In this document: positions 62,976-64,000 of the stretch, piece after piece
Numbering within the stretch: the stretch's first letter is position 1
Layout: every line of letters begins with the position of its first letter
Origin: Eledone cirrhosa
Taxonomy: Eukaryota
Assembly (NCBI GenBank): GCA_964016885.1
Contig: OZ024755.1
Location: 43,834,001 to 43,898,000 of the forward strand
Direction of reading: 5' to 3'
DNA length: 64,000 nt
Program-made: the position numbers and the translations under genes
The notes under the pieces: model-generated
What the model saw: only the letters and a program-made list of their open reading frames with translations
Databases searched by the model: none
What the model was told of the DNA's origin: nothing

Positions 62976-64000
62976 CACAGTTGAGACTACCAACATATAC
63001 TGGGTACGACTGTTGACAGTAACAACATATATTATGTACCACAGTTGACAGTACCAACATATACTGTGTACCACAGTTGACAGTACCAACGTATACTGTG
63101 TACCACAGTTGACAGTACCAACGTATACTGGGTACCACATTTGACACTACCAACATATACTGTGTACCACAGTTGACAGTACCAACGTATACTGTGTACC
63201 ACAGTTGACGATACCAACATATACTGTGTACCACAGTTGACAGTACCAACATATACTGTATACCACAGTTGACAGTACCGACATATACTGTGTACCACAG
63301 TTGACAATACCAACATATACTTTGTACCACGGTTGACAGTACCAACGTATACTGTGTACCACTGTTGACAATATCAACATATACTGTGTACCACAGTTGA
63401 CATTACCAACATATACAGTGTACCACAGTTGACAGTAGCAACATATACTGTGTACCACAGTTGACAGTACCAACATATACTGTGTACCACAGTTGACAGT
63501 ACCAACATATACTGTGTACCATAGTTGATAGTACCAACGTATATTGTGTACCACAGTTGAGAGTACCAACATACACCGTGTACGACAGTTGACAGTAAAA
63601 ACATATACCGTGTACCACAGTTGAGAGTACCAACATAAACTGTGTACCACAGTTGACAGTACCAACATATACTGTGTACCACAGTTGACAGTACCAACAT
63701 ATACTGTGTACCACAGTTGACAGTACCAACATATACTGTATACCACAGTTGACAGTACCAACATATACTGTGTACCACAGTTGACAGTACCAACATATAC
63801 TGTGTACCACAGTTGACAGTACCAACATATACTGTGTACCACAGTTGACAGTACTAACATATACTGTGTACTACAGTTGACAGTACCAACATATATTGTG
63901 TACCACAGTTGACAGTACCAACATATACTGTGTACCACAGTTGGCAGTACCAACATATAATGTGTACCTCAGTTGACAGTACCAACATATACTGTGTACC

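Larger units (their letters stand above)
1..64000. repeat. 32-bp tandem satellite array (~2,000 monomers), consensus GACAGTACCAACATATACTGTGTACCACAGTT, running off both window ends
   Basis: Bases 1-32 recur at 33-64 (one mismatch) and continuously to 64000 in one orientation. Most monomers carry 0-3 substitutions and indels are rare. No non-satellite segment was seen. Confidence 0.99.

Noticed and set aside
197-63956. Hundreds of minus-strand ORFs (61-676 aa) as protein-coding genes
   Set aside because: All three frames give the same 32-aa repeat because the 32-bp monomer lacks stops. The ORFs overlap, end at sporadic point variants, and have no unique domains or codon-position pattern.
1-64000. 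CRISPR array (32-bp repeat with a hairpin; GTTGAAAG variants resemble repeat ends)
   Set aside because: Repeats abut directly with no unique spacers, and there is no leader or cas gene.
1-64000. Telomerase-synthesised long telomeric repeat (yeast-like TGTGGTAC motif on the minus strand)
   Set aside because: There are no G-runs beyond GG, and kb-scale inherited variant patterns indicate recombinational amplification rather than templated addition of a fixed unit.
1-64000. Rolling-circle concatemer or purely synthetic/sequencing-error repeat
   Set aside because: Variants are not random: the same multi-base haplotypes recur in nested blocks at several periods, as expected of an evolved array.
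1-64000. G-quadruplex or Z-DNA function
   Set aside because: No G-tracts; alternating purine-pyrimidine stretches (ACATATAC, TGTGTAC) are at most 8 bp and AT-rich.
1-64000. A digital code or DGR-like diversification in the variant monomers
   Set aside because: Variant order is explained by duplication history; there is no adenine-specific template/variable pair and no reverse transcriptase or recombinase in the window.

Overview
The whole 64 kb window is one uninterrupted, single-orientation, head-to-tail tandem array (~2,000 copies) of a 32-bp monomer, consensus GACAGTACCAACATATACTGTGTACCACAGTT (13/32 GC). It looks like eukaryotic satellite DNA; I cannot assign a species or named family. 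I see no genes, RNA genes, transposons, CRISPR spacers or unique DNA. The many minus-strand ORFs are artefacts: the reverse-complement monomer has no stop triplet and 32 is not divisible by 3, so every frame yields the same 32-aa repeat. The information lies in the variant monomers. They show (i) two sub-domains with different indel markers, switching near 8.1-8.4 kb; (ii) nested duplications with periods of 256, 448, 485, ~2,244, ~2,400, 3,261, 4,669/5,117, 5,682 and 11,412 bp, plus a block recurring ~43 kb away; (iii) a monomer made of two GTACCA-headed halves with two overlapping, mutually exclusive hairpins, and variants that extend or compensate the stems; (iv) CpG/TpG/CpA polymorphisms consistent with methylation. 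Boundaries were read by eye and from ORF-track offsets and are approximate to about one monomer. I found no evidence for a new protein-based system.
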